Positions 62,795-64,000 of a stretch of 64,000 bases of DNA are shown piece after piece (position 1 is the stretch's first letter; the number at the start of each line of letters is the position of its first letter). The stretch is from an uncultured delta proteobacterium (lineage in GTDB: Bacteria > Desulfobacterota > BSN033 > UBA1163), in assembly GCA_963820625.1 (NCBI GenBank), contig CAWGAV010000005.1, positions 64,083 to 128,082 of the forward strand, read 5' to 3'. The notes beneath the pieces were generated by a model. That model saw only the letters and a list, made by a program, of their open reading frames with translations, made no database searches and had not been told where the DNA came from. A program made the position numbers and the translations under genes.

Positions 62795-64000
62795 TCATTT
62801 GTAAGACAACCCCGGACAATGGACGTATTTGATCACCTTCAATTTTCCTTTCTCTGCTACAAGAAGGGCTGCATCATGAAGCATCGTTGCATCTGCAGGA
62901 TTGCTGGTCACGTCAAAGTCCCCTGGAATCAACCCACCCGGAGATTTCCATACTCCCTTTCCGTCCGCACTGAAAAAGGCATCTGCCACCTTCTCCCCGG
63001 TCAGAGGATACCCAAACTTTCTCAAGGCGGTCGCGATCCCAGCCTCCACGCACCTGGCATAGACGATGCCGAGACCGTGTTGATAGAAAATGTTTGTATT
63101 GGGATAGTAACGTTTGATGATCCCGCGCATTTTGTCGTTGAAGGGGTGTGAGTCAAGAATGTGACCCGTAAAACCGATGCCGATGGTTCCTTCCGCATAC
63201 TCGCCGGCCTGCTGGATGAAGACATCGTCAAAACAGGCCTGGTTGAGAAAGAGATGAACCTTACCGTGCAGTTCCAGGCGACCAATGGATTTCGCCAGAT
63301 TTGATGCGAATGGGGCAGTATGATTACAAGCAATCCAGTTTGCCCCTTTATCCACCATCGTTTTCACCTGAGGGGTCATGTCGATATCCCCCACCCCAGC
63401 AAAAAACGTCCCTAAGTATTCCACGCCGTTCTCCTTCATGTAAGCTTCTGTGCTGGGCTCCAGCAGCGCCTTACCAAAGGCTGTATCAGAAGTGATGATC
63501 CCTAACTTCACTTTCTCTCCTGGCGGTAGGTTTTTGGGAGCCCACTCCTTGGCAATCCAGTTGATCCCCGCACCAAAACTGTCGGTATATGCTGCGCTGG
63601 GCGTACCGACCCATTTGTGCTTTGGATACATCAATGCCTTGATATTTCCAACATGGAGCTGGGCGATCTTGTCCCTCTTCGACATTTCGAGACAGGCTAA
63701 CGTGCCACCCACGCTCCCATTAATGAAGAGGACAATGCCTTCGCCCTTCATCCTTGTGTAGTTCGCAACGATCTTGCTGACGACATAACCGTCATCTGCC
63801 CAGATATGGTCTAACTTGGCCTTTTCGGCCTTTCCTGTTTTGGGATTCGTAAATTCGATCCCCTCCCTTTCATTCAGATCTTTAAAATAGGAAATCATTG
63901 CTTCCATATAGGCTGTGTGGGCTACAGAAACAGCTCCCGTCATACCATGAGAATTCCCGATCTTGACCCAGCGCACGTCTTCAGCTGCAGTGGAAGAACC
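62795..64000 (-). CDS. ABC transporter substrate-binding protein (LivK/type-I PBP family), 5' end outside the window
   Basis: The frame stays open to the window edge (...SSTAAEDVRWVKIG...). PBP-like composition, upstream of ABC ATPase genes. Confidence 0.75.
   Translation of the reverse strand, partial: GSSTAAEDVRWVKIGNSHGMTGAVSVAHTAYMEAMISYFKDLNEREGIEFTNPKTGKAEKAKLDHIWADDGYVVSKIVANYTRMKGEGIVLFINGSVGGTLACLEMSKRDKIAQLHVGNIKALMYPKHKWVGTPSAAYTDSFGAGINWIAKEWAPKNLPPGEKVKLGIITSDTAFGKALLEPSTEAYMKENGVEYLGTFFAGVGDIDMTPQVKTMVDKGANWIACNHTAPFASNLAKSIGRLELHGKVHLFLNQACFDDVFIQQAGEYAEGTIGIGFTGHILDSHPFNDKMRGIIKRYYPNTNIFYQHGLGIVYARCVEAGIATALRKFGYPLTGEKVADAFFSADGKGVWKSPGGLIPGDFDVTSNPADATMLHDAALLVAEKGKLKVIKYVHCPGLSYK

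Overview
By-eye analysis only, with no searches or computations run. The window is a 64-kb stretch of bacterial chromosome, apparently draft quality. The organism cannot be placed from sequence alone, but gene content suggests an uncultivated anaerobe.

(1) 0-22 kb is conserved core. It holds purM, queA, tgt, yajC, rpsF-ssb-like-rpsR-rplI-dnaB, pgsA and eno, then a split periplasmic flavocytochrome c, a Liv-type ABC transporter and a fused membrane/spermidine-synthase-like protein.

(2) 22.3-35.4 kb is a 13-kb accessory island. It is bracketed by two near-identical direct copies of a 292-bp composite hairpin repeat.
- Its left 7.4 kb looks like an integron-type gene-cassette array. Eleven minus-strand genes are separated by ten attC-like sites (RYYYAAC...GTTRRRY imperfect palindromes).
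- The cassettes include a mazEF pair with its own promoter, a PLD-family nuclease and several orphan genes.
- No integron integrase is visible.
- The array is followed by a RAYT-like HUH (Y1) transposase flanked by a perfect 27-bp inverted repeat, a 5'-truncated PilZ gene, an IS1634-family and an IS110-family element, and one hypothetical gene.

(3) 35.7-64 kb is metabolic.
- It begins with an orphan AmmeMemoRadiSam radical-SAM enzyme, an SDR and acyl-CoA ligases.
- Next come a 4-hydroxybutyryl-CoA-dehydratase-family enzyme and two MFS transporters.
- A TRAP transporter sits with an M24 hydrolase, an MBL hydrolase and a GntR regulator.
- The region ends with an OYE/FadH-type reductase and a second Liv-type ABC cluster.

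Intergenic regions are full of REP/REPIN-like hairpin doublets. At least five genes carry single-base frameshifts. Three lie in or next to G/A/T runs (a G4 run in tgt, a G7 run in yajC, an A6 run in an MFS gene). This pattern points to sequencing indels rather than biology, although true pseudogenes cannot be excluded.
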